Below, piece by piece: positions 62,633-64,000 of a stretch of DNA of 64,000 nt (position 1 is the first letter of the stretch; every line of letters begins with the position of its first letter). Below the pieces are notes generated by a model, which did not search any database, was not told the DNA's origin, and saw nothing but the letters and a program-made list of their open reading frames with translations. The DNA lies in contig NC_043020.1 in the NCBI RefSeq assembly GCF_006345805.1, forward strand, positions 28,086,001 through 28,150,000, written 5' to 3'. The position numbers were made by a program, and so were the translations under genes. This DNA comes from Octopus sinensis. Taxonomy: Eukaryota.

Positions 62633-63756
62633 GGTGATGGTAGTGGTGATGATGATGATGATGATGATGGTGATGATGATGGTGGTGATGAAAAAATGCT
62701 TTTGAAACAAACCTGCAACATATGTGCAATCTTTTCGCTTTGTTCTTCCAAGAAAGTGAGACTGTATTTTTGGTAAGTGTACTTTTTATCACAGAGAAGT
62801 TCTCCCAGTTCTTGACCGTCTGGATCTATCAAACGAACCTCACATGTTCCGTTTTCTTTTGATGACTAATGGAAATATATGGCACACATATAACATAAGC
62901 TTTGAAGAATGTTAAATTTTCAATCACTATGGCTTTTAAAATATAAATAATAGTTTTATTCATCATGTCCTTCTAAAATTCCACATAAATTAATAACACA
63001 CATACAAATGTAAAAATCCACATAACACACACACACATAATTAAAATCACAAATCACATCGGTGTTCTGAATTATTTGGCCTCCGTGTCCCCGACTGGCC
63101 TCTGTGTGGTGGCACGTAAAAAGCATCATCTGATTGTGGCCATTGCCAGCTTCGCCTGGCCCCTGTGCCGGTGGCACGTAAAAGCACCATCCGTCCGTGG
63201 CCGTTTGCCAGCCCCGTCTGGCACCTGTGTCAGTGGCACGTAAAAAGCACCCATTACACTCATGGAGTGGTTGGCGTTAGGAAGGGCATCCAACTGTAGA
63301 AACACTGCCAGATCAGACTGGAGCCTGGTGCAGCCTTCTGGCTTCCCAGACCCCAGTTGAACCGTCCAACCCATGCTAGCATGGAAAGCGGACGCTAAAT
63401 GATGATGATATATGATGTCTTAATAAGAGATAAAATGAGGTTGGAAAATTATTGATCATAGATTTGCTTGAACAGGGTTGACCAAGGGCTAAACAACAGT
63501 ATTTAACTTGTACAAATAAGCCCAAAATAATCAATAGTAGCAACCAGGTTATTCTGCCAGAATTTGAACCCAGCATCTTCCTAACGTACCATCCTCCTCA
63601 CACTGCCAACGTCAAGATGGTTTATCAAAGCCAAATATTCTCCAAGAAATAAAAATTCTGACTGAAATCACTTACCATTTGCTGAATTCCACACAGCTTT
63701 CCAACAATGATGTTATGCATGACGTCCAAGATATTTGAGGTCCATTTGCCAGAAAC
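55897..63756 (-). CDS. RNF17: Multi-Tudor domain protein, RNF17/TDRD4 (qin/kumo)-like, last 7 exons; 5' part beyond the right edge
   Basis: Phase-consistent exons give the end of one extended Tudor plus a full last one: IPVLVTHVELPNVIYFQ...PPIKKTVVGKACCCQFTVDDCWYRS...VLYVDYGTSE...LKLPSQAVRC...WTEEAMKAVIDSVVNKELDAV. Tudor call is strong; the RNF17 orthology rests on remembered similarity only. Confidence 0.72.
57097..57259 (-). CDS. RNF17: Tudor gene exon (IREISQKFLKLPSQAVRC...WTEEAMKAVIDSVVNKELDAVLQ)
   Basis: TTTCAG acceptor, GTGAGG donor, phase 2-0. Confidence 0.9.
57858..57987 (-). CDS. RNF17: Tudor core exon (GKACCCQFTVDDCWYRSVIADVKQTDMLVLYVDYGTSEYIDKSR)
   Basis: Aromatic-cage Tudor signature F..D..WYR...YVDYG; phase 1-2. 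Confidence 0.92.
58704..59108 (+). mobile_element. Family A SINE dimer
   Basis: Two tandem cores. Confidence 0.85.
59382..59523 (-). CDS. RNF17: Tudor gene exon (IYFQNSQRSSSDEESRR...APPIKKTVV)
   Basis: GTCAG acceptor, GTGAGT donor, phase 0-1. Confidence 0.87.
61194..61277 (-). CDS. RNF17: Tudor gene exon (TCNPFKNMKFTFNKSIPVLVTHVELPNV)
   Basis: TTTTCAG acceptor, GTAAGT donor, phase 0-0. Confidence 0.87.
62713..62865 (-). CDS. RNF17: Tudor gene exon (SSKENGTCEVRLIDPDGQELGELLCDKKY...HMLQ)
   Basis: CCATTAG acceptor, GTTTGT donor, 51 codons. Confidence 0.78.
63676..63756 (-). CDS. RNF17: Tudor gene exon (VSGKWTSNILDVMHNIIVGKLCGIQQM)
   Basis: CTGTAG acceptor, GTAAGT donor, phase 0-0. Confidence 0.82.
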
Positions 63757-64000
63757 CTACAGAAAACAGGGGGGGACATTTTCATCAACAATCTCGTGGT
63801 TATCTCCTTCCTACAACCTTACCCATCATGCACTTGCAACCTTTAACCCCACCACTCATCCCTCCATCACTTTCCTATCTACTGCGTTATTCCACTTTTG
63901 TAAACTGATAAAAACAATACCAGTTACTATGTATCGTATCACGCCACCTCCTCCCATGGCCCCTACCCTCATTTCACAAGTTGTGATGCACCCGAGCACT

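Overview
AT-rich, repeat-dense animal genomic DNA, most likely a cephalopod (octopus-like; inferred from SINE/LINE content and microsatellite load), with one 100-N gap at 49453-49552. Manual splicing gives four protein genes that the ORF track mostly misses: (1) TRMT11 tRNA m2G10 methyltransferase, minus strand, 12 exons from ATG 12052 to the left edge; (2) an intronless DHRS1-like SDR, plus strand 14096-15067, head-to-head with TRMT11; (3) a divergent IL-17-receptor-like type I membrane protein (signal-like segment, FN3-like ectodomain, TM, SEFIR-like tail), minus strand, about 10 exons over 19501-42384; (4) the 3' seven exons of an RNF17/TDRD4-like multi-Tudor gene, minus strand 55897-63756. 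The rest is tRNA-derived SINEs, LINE fragments (RTE, RTEX, CR1, R4/Dong), mariner remnants, Helitron-like elements, MITEs and very long microsatellites. Several indel-like anomalies suggest imperfect assembly polishing. All homology calls come from recognising motifs by eye; no searches were run. No prokaryote-type system (CRISPR etc.) is supported.
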